Assembly: GCA_002189035.1 (NCBI GenBank)
Contig: CM007991.1
Coordinates: forward strand, 1,426,001 to 1,490,000
Length of the DNA stretch: 64,000 bases
Source of the DNA: Utricularia gibba
Lineage: Eukaryota > Plantae > Magnoliophyta
Direction: 5' to 3'
The notes beneath the pieces are model-generated. The model was not told the DNA's origin. It was given only the letters and a program-made list of their open reading frames with translations, and ran no database searches. Shown in pieces: positions 1-13,032 of this stretch. The position numbers were made by a program, and so were the translations under genes. Numbering within the stretch: the stretch's first letter is position 1; each line of letters begins with the position of its first letter.

Positions 1-26
1 AGTCACAAGCTTTAAGATTCCATTAC

Positions 27-180
27 CGGTTGAGAGCACAATCAGCCAAACAAGAAAAATTTTCTTAATCGGCAGGCCTCGCTGCGTCTCCTTTTCCTGA
101 TCAATCCTACAACCAGGACATCCATCAACGTACACATGCTTCTGCAGCAAACTCTCCCTATTCTCATTCCCACTCGCCAT
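27..180 (-). CDS. ZIFL1: ZIF1/ZIFL1-like MFS transporter, first exon only (gene runs off the left edge)
   Basis: Minus strand from ATG at 180 reads MASGNENRESLLQKHVYVDGCPGCRIDQEKETQRGLPIKKIFLVWLIVLST, then a GTAATG donor. This matches the ZIFL N-terminus pattern (CPGCxxD...G.P...VW.IVL.T|ALPISS). Not in the ORF track. Confidence 0.85.
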
Positions 181-865
181 TTCTCTGGGAAGAATTTTCT
201 AAACATCATCCACATATAAACACGTGAAGTTTTACCAAAAACCCAGTCCCCCGGTCTCACAGGCATGGCCCCAGTCAGGAGTGGGACTTCACTTGCTTCA
301 CATCATCGGTTTTCCATGTGCCACGCCTCTGAGCCAGTCAAGTCATAGAAGTAACCACCATTCAATTTTGCCACCCCTTGCCTTCATCTCAAGATAGACA
401 TGGCTACTCCCCCCAACGGCCCAACATCACATCATCAAATGAATTCGTTTGACTATCCTCCTTCATGCATCACGACGATTTAATGATTACCCAAATATTT
501 TGATTTTTTAATTAGAAATGCCAGATGAGCGTGTGTTATTTACATTATTGCCCCATTCTTTTTTTTTCCATTTATTTAGTACAATGACCTTTTTATAAAA
601 TAAAAAAACAGTATAAAAATACTATATCAACAATTTGTTTATTATTACGAATATTTAAACAAAATAATTCAGTATTTTTTTAATTACGAAAATAACACGG
701 ATGAAAATCATTTTTCAAATAATCATGAGCATATTTAAATAGATTTAATACGTTTTACTACTAAGACAGGTTCTTTAGAGAACAACCTCGCGGAATGGCG
801 CATCAGCAGAAATGCATTCAACACACTAATTGCTATCTCTGGGTTAGTGGAGCCATTGCTAACAA

Positions 866-2842
866 CTATTTGTGAGCAACACCTTCGATTCCAAGGGGAG
901 ACTTGCGATTCAGGTATCGGATGACGGCATCTTCAACCCTGAATTGAAGCAAGAGAGATGTATTTTCAGTAGTGAAAACAGCAATGGGGAACTGAAGCAG
1001 TAAATCCAAGTTCAGCACCATTTGATGATGGATCATTGACTCGAAAAGACCATACCGGGAGGGCATGGTATGCAGATGGAGAACAGACAGATGTAATGCA
1101 AGGCTGATGAAATACAGGATCAAACAAGTTCAACAGATGACTGTGTGCAGATATTCTTATCGTATCAAATCTAAAGTGATGCAGAATCTACCACAGATGC
1201 ATTCACACATGTGGTCACCATTGGAAATAAAACACTGAGGCCAAAGTTCCTTTGACAAGTGTTGAATGAGAAAAGTTCAGCAAAATAGGTAACACAAAGA
1301 AACTCACCAGGGCTGGTTGTAAAATCCTGCCCTTCTCTCCTTCTCTATATCACCACTTGCATCAGCAGCAAAAAGCTTCAAATCCCTTGCTTGAGATGCT
1401 ATTAAGGCATTAATGAACTCTGCAGGTGACTGACTGAATCCAAGAAAAAAATTTCGCCTTTGATAATGCTCGCGTATTTTCTTCATAGAAGAGGAAATAG
1501 CTTCATCCATCACATCAATCTCCTGGTTTTTCTCCAAACTATCCAGGAAAGAAGACTTGCTTCCTGTGGACAAAGGGATGTCAACCAACACATCATAGCA
1601 AGTGGTCCCAGCAGGACTAGGTCCAGACAGCTTCACACGATGCTCCAAATGTATAGGCCCTGGGGAAGTGATGTGCGAGGTTATCTTTTGGTTAACCATA
1701 GAAAATTTCATTTTCTCCTCTCCAAAAACCTTCTTTAGAGGCTCATCACACATGAACCAGGAAATGTCACCCTGAATTTGCAATTTTTTCATTTTCACAT
1801 ATTTCCAAAGTGCTGCCATAATTTTTGGACGCGTTTCCAACTCAATCCCAAGGACTTCTTGTAAAGCTGGAGATAGCTTAAACTTTTCAGGCACATACTT
1901 CATCTCGAATCTAATAACTGCAGTGAACTCTTGGTCACCTTTCCTTCTTACTTCAAAACCCTCGTGCAGTACAGGGGATCGAGAACTGTCCCACAGGATC
2001 ACATGATTATCTGGGTATACAGCTTGATCAAGGTAAATTGTGATTTTCTTGAAAAAAGATGAAAACTTTGGAGATGAATGCTTTGATCCTTTCATTGTAT
2101 CTTCTCCAATGTGGTCTTTGCCATCTTCCAATATCCCACCCATTATCCGCAGTGACCATGAAGGTGCATCAGCATTTTCCTTCTCTGGATCCACCTTTAT
2201 TTGGTTAGAGTAAGTGTTGAAAACATATATCCTCAAAACTTTCTTAATGCTCATAGGGTTCTTCAAGGATTCCAAAATGTCATTCTTCTTCCTTAAAAGG
2301 GAAGCATCAACACGAGACTCAAAATCAAGCAGTTGTGTAAACAAACTCGCCTCTGGAAATATAGAGGCAATTTTGTACAGGATTGCTTTGTCAGGAAGCT
2401 TACGCTTGCCTCTAAGTGGAGTAGGAGTGAGTTCCATTGTTTTCATCGGAGAGGAAGTGCCCTGAGCAGAAGATGGCCCTGAAGGTCGAGAAGGGGGTCT
2501 CTGTGTGCGTCTAATAATCCCTGCTGCAGCAGATCCCGGGGTAGATGCAGAGGGAGATGAAATTCCAATTCTAGAAGTAACATGTGGAGTTCCCAAGACC
2601 TGGCCTTGAACTGGCTGGTCTCGAGGAAAAGCCTGCGCTCGTGCTTCTGAAGATTGAAAATGCCCCGGGAAATAGGGCCTGCCTTGAGACTGAGGTTGAG
2701 ACTGCAAGGCTGTCTGCTGATTATGGTTAGTAGGCAGTTGTGTGTGCATAACTTCTGCATTGCCAAAACTAATATTTCCTCTCAGTGCATTGTTCCCAAC
2801 GTTGGCAATGTTATGGTTCATTGCACCTGAATAAAGCATCAA
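866..2842 (-). CDS. CHC1: SWI/SNF subunit BAF60/SWP73 (SNF12 homolog, SWIB domain); exons 1308-2842 and 866-938
   Basis: 512-aa ORF with SWIB region ([28 protein letters not shown]) and [28 protein letters not shown]. The GT-AG intron 939-1307 restores NQPW|[12 protein letters not shown]. Confidence 0.95.
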
Positions 2843-3612
2843 AGAAATTCCTCCATGAAAAGAACATTCCTACAAGCTGCAATTAACAAGGTTTCCAATG
2901 TGCTAACCAAAATAAAGTTCAACCCCACAGCGAAGACTCGTGAAAAAATTATGCACCTATAATCTAAAACGTAACAAATTCAGTAAAAACTTCATAAAAA
3001 AGGCAGAAGATACCCAAAAGACTCCTCTACTTCAGGCTTCCAAAATTATTAAACATAACCTCTACCCCTCATGAGCACCACGACAAAAAGAGATTCAGTC
3101 CACCATGTACCGCAAGAAAGCAAAACCATGAATATCTTTAAAAAGAAATCAAAATTGAAAATTTTCAGAAAAGAAACTGCCAGAGTCCTATCGAAATGAT
3201 ATGCTAACCCACCGGCTTCTTTCTTCCACGGAAAAAGAAAACTCGCCGGAATTGGGGAAATGGATTTCACCACTCAACCAATTAGAAAATTACAGATTCG
3301 AAAAAAGCAGCGACTAACGTCTTCCTTCTGAATTGAGAATTGAGACCGCGAAGATTTCTGGGGTTGAAAAATGAGAAGAATACGAAAAAGTAGAGGGAAA
3401 CATTGAATATCGAATGTATTGTGTCCAATATTGTAAATATCAAATCTATTTCGAAATAGTGGTAAATATTAAAGAATTGAGGGACTCAAGCGTAAATACA
3501 ATGAAACTGTAGCTACACTGTATCAGCAAGCCCTAGCTTTCAGTTGCCTGATTCTGTCTGGACTCTTGCTTATACGCCCTTCTTCCCTTCTTCGAGACAT
3601 TAGTTGTTTGCC

Positions 3613-5218
3613 ATGGCTCTCGCTTTCCACGATCTGAGCTCCGCAGCGGGCCTTAAGAAGCTTGATGAGTATCTTTTGACGCGTAGTTACATTACTGGGT
3701 AAGATTCGACTAGTAATGTGGCTACTTCGAGTACTAGGATAGAGATTGTTGGCGTCTTGGCTGTAGGATTTGGCGTGCGAGCCTTCGAATTTATATTAAA
3801 TCTAGGTTATCGAAAATTGACTACTGCTGTATGCGTTTTGACAGGGTGTTGTGAGTTGCTATATGAAATGTTTCCATGGTTTTCAACTCTATGTATCTCA
3901 AATGGGGCGTTGATGGTTTTGAATTTTCAGGTATGAAGCATCGAAAGATGATCTTGCTGTCCATGGTGAACTTGCTAAGCCTCCATCGGCTGATCTAGTT
4001 AATGTTTCAAGGTGGTATAATCACATAGAAGCGCTTCTGAGGATCTCGTAAGTTATCGTATTTTGTAATGTTGAATCCACTGTATTATGTATGGAAGCTT
4101 GCTTATGTTTCATATTTTGGTCTGTTTATTCAGAGGCGTTTCTGATGAAGGAAATGGTGTAATAATTGAAGGTGTAGCCCCGGTTGCCACTCCACCCACT
4201 GCTGACACTAAGGCAAGATGGGGGAAAAAATCAAGCTCTTATTTTATTTCTCATTTTGTGAATTGTTTTCAAATATATCCCCCCCAACACGGTCTTCAAG
4301 AGTAGTTTCCGTGCGGTGTTGTATTTTAATGCTGCTCTTGTTCGAATCTGTTGAACTTTATAGATCATATGCGCTTGGCTAATTCTTATGGCAAATGTGC
4401 ATTTTAGGCCTCAACTGCTGAGGATGATGATGATGATGATGTGGATTTATTTGGTGAGGAGACTGAGGAAGAGAAAAAGGCTGCGGAAGAACGTGCAGCT
4501 GCAGTGAAAGCTTCTGCGAAGAAGAAGGAATGTGAGTCTTACTGAAATATTGGCGTAAATATCCAAATATCTGGAAATATGACCTAAAATTTTCAGTCTT
4601 ATTATGAGGAATCATTTCTGTGCGTTAATCTTCTGGTAAATGTTTCATCCAGTTAAATTCATTCGATGATTTCGTTTCCTTTCCCAGCTGGAAAATCTTC
4701 TATTCTTATGGATGTCAAGCCATGGGACGATGAAACTGACATGAAAAAGCTCGAGGAAGCAGTCAGAAGTGTGCAGATGGAAGGCCTCCTTTGGGGAGCA
4801 TGTAAGCTTGCCCTCTCCTTTGTTATCACTAAACAGCTTCCCTGAACAAGCTTCCATAACCTCAAATTGAGCATGCTGGGAAGCACTATTTACATCTGGT
4901 GACTGGTTTCATTTCCATTATGATAAGCACCATTTGATGTTGGTCTCTTCAGCAAAACTTGTCCCGGTTGGGTATGGCATCAAGAAGCTTCAGATCATGA
5001 TTACCATTGTGGATGATCTGGTCTCTGTCGACACCCTCATCGAGGAATATCTTACTGCAGAGCCGATCAATGAATATGTTCAGAGCGTTGACATTGTTGC
5101 GTTCAACAAAATTTGTGAGTACACCCACCTATTGCTTACTTTGTTTTTCACATATCTAGTACTAGACATGCCATATGCTTGCTCACTTTGCGATCCATGG
5201 GTGTTTTTTTCTGCAGAA
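3613..5218 (+). CDS. Translation elongation factor eEF1B-beta (EF-1-delta type), 6 exons
   Basis: Exons spell [17 protein letters not shown]|YEASKDD...[13 protein letters not shown]|...[25 protein letters not shown]...|[28 protein letters not shown]...|[14 protein letters not shown]...[12 protein letters not shown]. Confidence 0.95.
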
Positions 5219-5564
5219 TTCCGGCAGATTCAATGCCTGGAAGGAAGGAATCCCCTGCTGCAGCGTCCGCATCTTTTTGTTTGGAGTTCATGTTGTCGGA
5301 AAAATAAGTGAATATTTCGAGCCTTGTTTGTTTGTCAAGGTGAACCAGTTAATTTTTTGTTACATGCTTGTAATAAGATAATGCATAAAAATCATAAAAA
5401 TGATTCGCCAGGTGGAAAATGGAAATTTCGAAAATGCGTCGTTTTAAAAATAATATTTTGTGAAAATTTCCTTTCTATAATATAATATTAATATTTAACG
5501 CATCATAATTACTTGAAAAGGTAGGGAGGCTGTGGGAGGAAGATCATTGCGGGAGGAAGAGAAT

Positions 5565-7161
<1,597 letters not shown>

Positions 7162-7463
7162 GGTCATACCCATGCTTAGATTTGATTTGTATTGGAATTC
7201 ATCCTATGACAATTGTGTCGTAGAGATTTGGGGACTCAGGCGTACCCCATGCGCGTAATGATTTTATTGTTCATTTTGTGATCTCAGAACAAGGTTATTT
7301 AGGTAAAAAGGAAACATTTGTTATTCTCAGTACAACCCCAGGTACACTTCATCCATGAGATGAGGGAGGGCAAGGCTAATAACATATAGCAGAAGTGATA
7401 AAGGATGAGTCGCAACATGTTCTCATGAGCAAAACAGGGGGACTCAACACAAAGCTAGAAGAT

Positions 7464-9437
7464 TCAGTACTTGATTCTTCCATCTCCATCAGTTATCACA
7501 TCGTCAAAGGAATGGCCGCTGGGGATCATCGGCAGCACATGCTCCTGATGCGGAACCACAACGTCCAGCAAGTATGGCCCTGGAGTCTCCAACATCTTTT
7601 TCATGGCAGCCCTGAGATCATGGATGCTTGTTACTCTTGCTGCTGGTATGTCGCAGGCCTCTGCGAACTTCACCATATCAGGGAAGATCTGTGACTCGTT
7701 GGCTGGGTTGCCGAGGTATGTATGTGCTCGATTGGCCTTGTAGAATCGATCTTCCCATTGTACAACCATCCCCAAATGCTGATTATTCAACAGCAATACC
7801 TTGACTGGAAGGTTTTCCACTCGTACTGTTGCCAGTTCTTGCACATTCATCATGAAACTGCCATCACCATCAATGTCTACTATGATGTCGCCTGGCCTTG
7901 CAACGGCTGCTCCCATGGCTGCAGGAAGGCCGAACCCCATAGCTCCTAGACCTCCGGAAGTCAGCCATTGGCGTGGTTTCTTGTACTTGTAGAACTGAGC
8001 AGCCCACATCTGATGCTGCCCAACACCTGTGGCTATGACTGCCTCTCCATTTGTGAGTTCATCGAGCATCTGAATCGCGTACTGTGGAGGAATAGCATCG
8101 CCAAATGTCTTGAAGCTCAAGGGGTGCTTCATCTTCTGCTCCTTCAGCTCTTGTCTCCAACCTGCAAAACTGAAGCTGAATCTGTTGCTTCCTTTAGCCA
8201 AAATGGAGTTCAAACCCTTGAGAGCCAACCGCACATCCCCACACACAGATACATGAGGCTGCTTGTTCTTCCCAATCTCAGCAGAATCGATATCAATATG
8301 CACTATCTTAGCTTTACTTGCAAATGTTTCCAACTTCCCTGTCACACGATCATCAAACCTCACACCAAAAGCAAGCAAGAGATCACTGTGGTGCACAGCG
8401 TAATTGGCATACACAGTTCCATGCATTCCAAGCATATGTAGCGATAACTCCTCATCTGTGGAGGGATAGCAGCCAAGACCCATAAGGGTGCTGGCTACAG
8501 GAATACCAGTAAGCTCAACAAATTGCCTCAGCTCTTCACTAGCATTCAAACAGCCACCTCCCACATAAAGAACCGGCTTCTTTGACTCAGAAATCAGTCT
8601 CACGATTTGTTCCAGAGAAGAAATGCTGGGAGGCCGGGGCAATCTCGACGAGTAGGCGGCTAATTTCATAGGCTGGTTCCAGTCAGGAACCACTTTTAGC
8701 TGCTGAATGTCTTTTGGAATGTCAATCAGAACAGGGCCTGGCCTGCCCGTTCTCGCTAGGTAAAATGCTTCCTTCACAACTCTGGGTATATCCTCTACAT
8801 CTAAAACAAGATAGTTGTGCTTAGTGATGGATCTGGTTACCTCAACAATCGGAGTCTCTTGGAAGGCATCAGTTCCAATCATGTGGCGAGGGACCTGGCC
8901 GGTGATTGCAACGAGTGGCACGCTGTCCATGTTTCCATCTGCTAAACCAGATACCAGATTTGTGGCTCCTGGACCGGAAGTCGCAATGCAAACTGCAGTT
9001 TTCCCCGTGGCGCGTGCATACCCCTCTGCAGCGAAAATTCCGCCTTGTTCGTGCCGAGGTAAGACATTGCGTATGACCCCCGATCGCGTGAGTGCTTGGT
9101 GTATCTCCATTGAAGCGCCTCCGGGGTAAGCGAATACATCTGTGACTCCTTCGCGTTCCAATGCCTCTACGAGAATATCAGCACCGCATCGCGGCTCATT
9201 GGGATCAAAACGTGATTTAAAGGCGTCCTCCTTATCGGTCTCCGTTTGTGGAGATGACAGAACGCTCGAAATCCGAAGCGCTCGTCGCGAGACGGACACA
9301 GAAGGGGTCCTGGGAGTCTTTCGACGAAAATGAATGGGAGATAGCGGAAGAACCTTCGCGCTCTTGCAGGCTGGAAAGATCTTGAACGAAGATGCTGAGG
9401 TGGGAGCAGCGGCGGTAGAGGCGGCGGCGGCAGCCAT
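7464..9437 (-). CDS. ALS: Acetolactate synthase (AHAS) catalytic subunit, intronless, with chloroplast transit peptide
   Basis: 657-aa ORF with [46 protein letters not shown], ThDP motif [12 protein letters not shown]...NN and QWEDRFY. Confidence 0.98.
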   Translation of the reverse strand: MAAAAASTAAAPTSASSFKIFPACKSAKVLPLSPIHFRRKTPRTPSVSVSRRALRISSVLSSPQTETDKEDAFKSRFDPNEPRCGADILVEALEREGVTDVFAYPGGASMEIHQALTRSGVIRNVLPRHEQGGIFAAEGYARATGKTAVCIATSGPGATNLVSGLADGNMDSVPLVAITGQVPRHMIGTDAFQETPIVEVTRSITKHNYLVLDVEDIPRVVKEAFYLARTGRPGPVLIDIPKDIQQLKVVPDWNQPMKLAAYSSRLPRPPSISSLEQIVRLISESKKPVLYVGGGCLNASEELRQFVELTGIPVASTLMGLGCYPSTDEELSLHMLGMHGTVYANYAVHHSDLLLAFGVRFDDRVTGKLETFASKAKIVHIDIDSAEIGKNKQPHVSVCGDVRLALKGLNSILAKGSNRFSFSFAGWRQELKEQKMKHPLSFKTFGDAIPPQYAIQMLDELTNGEAVIATGVGQHQMWAAQFYKYKKPRQWLTSGGLGAMGFGLPAAMGAAVARPGDIIVDIDGDGSFMMNVQELATVRVENLPVKVLLLNNQHLGMVVQWEDRFYKANRAHTYLGNPANESQIFPDMVKFAEACDIPAARVTSIHDLRAAMKKMLETPGPYLLDVVVPHQEHVLPMIPSGHSFDDVITDGDGRIKY

Positions 9438-10617
9438 GGTACTATCGGGTTGTTTGGTCGTTAGGATAGGGACGAGGGCTTTCTATAGAATGATTTATTA
9501 AAATCAAATATACCTCCTTAAATAAAATCTTATTCACCTACTTTTACTTAAAGTCACTTTTGGTTTAAAATTAGTGTGGCAATTATTATTTACCAAACAA
9601 TACTTAATAAAACTAAATCTTATTAAAATCATCTAAAATTATACCATACGCTAATGTTTCATGCCCACGAATCTAGTGGCTTCCTTCGTTGTGAGCTTTT
9701 GGGCTTGCATTGTTTCTTATTGGGCCTGAATTGGGCTATAAATGCTATATATTCCTCCTTTTGGGGTGGAAAAGAATTTTATTACACAAATCTTATCAAA
9801 GATAGATGTGTCTTGACGTGGATGTGTTAATAAAAAAACACTTGACTTTTCTATTTTTTAGTCAGAAAATAAATATTTTATAAATATAAAATAAAAAGAT
9901 AATAGAATATAAATTCTATATTATTTTACATACCATATCTTTAAGATGATCATTTTCTTGATTAATATATATATATCTTTAGATATTTAAAAAAGAAACT
10001 AATATTGTATTATGATGATTTTCTCTTTTTGTTATGTGTAATTTTGAAAATCAATGAGTTTCTATATGATAACAAAATTAACGAGATATTAATATTGTAG
10101 TTTTTCAAGGATCTTAACTTTTAATTTCGATTATAGATGATGATACATTATGTTCAAAATTTTCTTACAAGAAGTGTGATGTTAGCTGTCAATTTCATGA
10201 TTTTTCGCATTATTGCGGGATATATATATACATTCTAAAAAAGGTATGAATAGTTATACCTTGTATTATTTCATAAGTGTGACATAGATTCATATTGATC
10301 CACATACTTATCTCTTATGTACATTTGGTAGGTAGACGGTTTCTTGTCTATATTCAGAGATTTCACTTTATTGTATAAGTTCATTTTCCTAGCAGCTAGC
10401 TACACGTGATTTTGTATGTTTGTTGACCTTTCCAAGGAACCCTAATGTAACCTTTCTCCGCGCCTCGAAGTTGTGATCAGCGTCTTATCTCGCTTACCTC
10501 ATCTGCCGACAATGCTTCAGGTGATAAGCTTCTTCTTTCTTCTCAATCCTTGTTTTCGTTTCATTGATCTGGCATACTGAAAGAAGGATCTTTTTCCTCT
10601 CAAAGAATCTTGAAGGG

Positions 10618-12705
10618 ATGGCTGCAATTAGCGATGTGGATGAGCAATGCGCCAGATCTTTGACAAATGGGAAGTCTTTGGAGCTGGTTGATGAGTCATT
10701 TGATCCGACAGCGGTGGTCTTGGAGCCCGTTCCGCCGGTGGCGGAGTCCAGCGTCGGCGATTCGGAAAGAGAGATAATTCTTGGGAGGAATGTGCACACC
10801 AGCTGTCTTGAGGTGACGGAGCCTGACGCCGATGACGAATCTACCGGTGATAAGGATGCTTATATGGCGAGTGTTCTGGCGAGATATCGCAAGACACTAG
10901 TTGAACGGACGAAGCACCATTTAGGTACACTATCTGCTTAAAAAAATGTAGATTTTGAGACTCTGGCGTACAGGATTCTATATTTATGAGATCAACCTGC
11001 GTTTAGAAATGTTAATGGTATTCTAAAGCAAGACAGCCATGGTATGGAGCATAATCTGCGCGGGTCGTTAATTTTTGGTAGAATACGTGTTAGTTTGAAG
11101 GTTTGATTGGGTGAAACCGTGGAGTATTTAATGTTTAACACTTAGATCAATTTTATCAGGTCTTCTGAGTACGTGGTTGCTTGAAAAGCTCGTTGTTTTC
11201 TTTTTTATGAGGATGACTTTAGATTGAGCTGTGCTAAGACTGCGATGTTTATGAGGATGATGATTGAATATTTACCCTCTGATTTCCTGTCTGTTTACTA
11301 GTTTCTTTCTATTTTCCTTCAGGTTATCCTTACAATCTTGACTTCGACTATGGTGCTCTTGGCCAACTGCAGCATTTCTCTATCAACAACCTTGGTGATC
11401 CATTCATTGAAAGCAATTATGGAGTGCATTCAAGACAGTTCGAGGTTGGTGTTCTGGACTGGTTTGCTCGTTTGTGGGAAATTGAGAAGGAAGATTATTG
11501 GGGGTACATTACAAACTGTGGAACTGAAGGCAATCTTCATGGCATCCTTGTTGGGTGAGTGATGGATGTTTCTACCTGCACCTCCCCTCTTTTTCTTGAA
11601 TATGCAGGACTTCTGTTTTTAGAGTTAATGTTGCACGATAACAATTGAATCACACTTGAGCAGAAGAGAAGTCCTCCCTGATGGAATTCTGTACGCATCA
11701 AAGGAATCACATTACTCTGTGTTCAAAGCTGCTAGGATGTACAGAATGGACTGTGTGAAGGTTGAAACTCTTGTCACTGGAGAGATTGACTGCACCGATT
11801 TTGGAATGAAACTGCTTGCTAACAAAGATAAACCAGCGATCATCAACGTAAACATAGGTAACTTTCCCCTTTCATTGCTGTCAAATAGTTCTCTGGCACC
11901 TAAAATTTCCATCTTTGTGCCCCAATTTCAGGAACTACTGTTAAGGGAGCTGTTGATGACCTTGATCTTGTCATACGTACTCTTGAAGAGAATGGTTTTC
12001 CACCAGAAAGGTTTTACATCCACTGCGATGGTGCCCTTTTCGGGCTTATGATGCCATTTGTGAAGAAGGCATGCTTTCTTCTCCCTCCCCTCTCTAACAA
12101 CATGTTGCTGAATACCTGAAAATCATGGGCATCAATTTCAGGCACCGAAGGTCACCTTCAAGAAGCCCATAGGAAGTGTCAGTGTATCCGGTCACAAGTT
12201 TGTCGGCTGTCCAATGCCCTGCGGCGTGCAACTAACAAGGCTATGCCACATCAACACTCTCTCCCGCAATGTCGAGTACCTCGCTTCTAGAGACGCAACA
12301 ATCATGGGAAGCCGAAACGGCCATGCTCCAATCTTCCTATGGTACACCTTGAACAGAAAGGGGTACAAGGGGTTCCAAAAGGAAGTCCAGAAATGCCTCA
12401 GAAATGCTCATTACCTGAAGGATCGCCTGAGGGGAGCCGGCATCGGTGCCATGCTCAATGAACTGAGCAGCACCGTCGTGTTCGAGCGCCCCCGCGACGA
12501 AGCATTCGTCCGCCGGTGGCAGCTTGCTTGCCAAGGGAACCTTGCTCATGTTGTTGTGATGCCTAATGTCACTATAGAGAAGCTGGAAGTCTTCTTGGAT
12601 GAGCTGATCCAAGGGAGGTCAGCATGGTACACTGATGGAGCTCAGGCTCCTTGCCTTGCAGCTGATGTTGGAAGCCACAACTGCTCATGCCCTCTTCACA
12701 AGTAG
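10618..12705 (+). CDS. SDC1: Serine decarboxylase (group II PLP-dependent decarboxylase), 5 exons
   Basis: Exons give [14 protein letters not shown]|[45 protein letters not shown] and the PLP-lysine motif [15 protein letters not shown]. Confidence 0.95.
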
Positions 12706-13032
12706 ACTCCTTTATATCGTTTTCTAATGATTCAGAAATCTTAGTTTGAATCATATGGAAATTAGCTTAATTTTATTGCATGTTAAAATTAGTGAATTAA
12801 CTTAATAAAATTATTTTTTAAGTTTTTATATTTGAGAGAATTCTCCCGCCGAATAAAAAAAACGTTTACCCAAAGTAACGCATAAAAGAAACCCGGGGCT
12901 TCTGTCTGAATCTTCTGCTAATTACATTGACAGCGAGCGGAATCCCGAGATTATCAACTGCTTTGCTTTTCTTCTCCCATCGATCCAGTCGTGATTCCGG
13001 CTCCCGCCGTCCGAGAGGAAGTTATTGCTGCC

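Noticed and set aside
42-266. 74-aa ORF MPVRPGDW... in the track
   Set aside because: Wrong frame; the real coding sequence is the ZIFL first exon starting at 180.
7395-9333. Long antisense ORFs over ALS (and similarly over GH3, SWEET and BAF60)
   Set aside because: Shadow ORFs produced by codon bias of the sense genes; no independent motifs.
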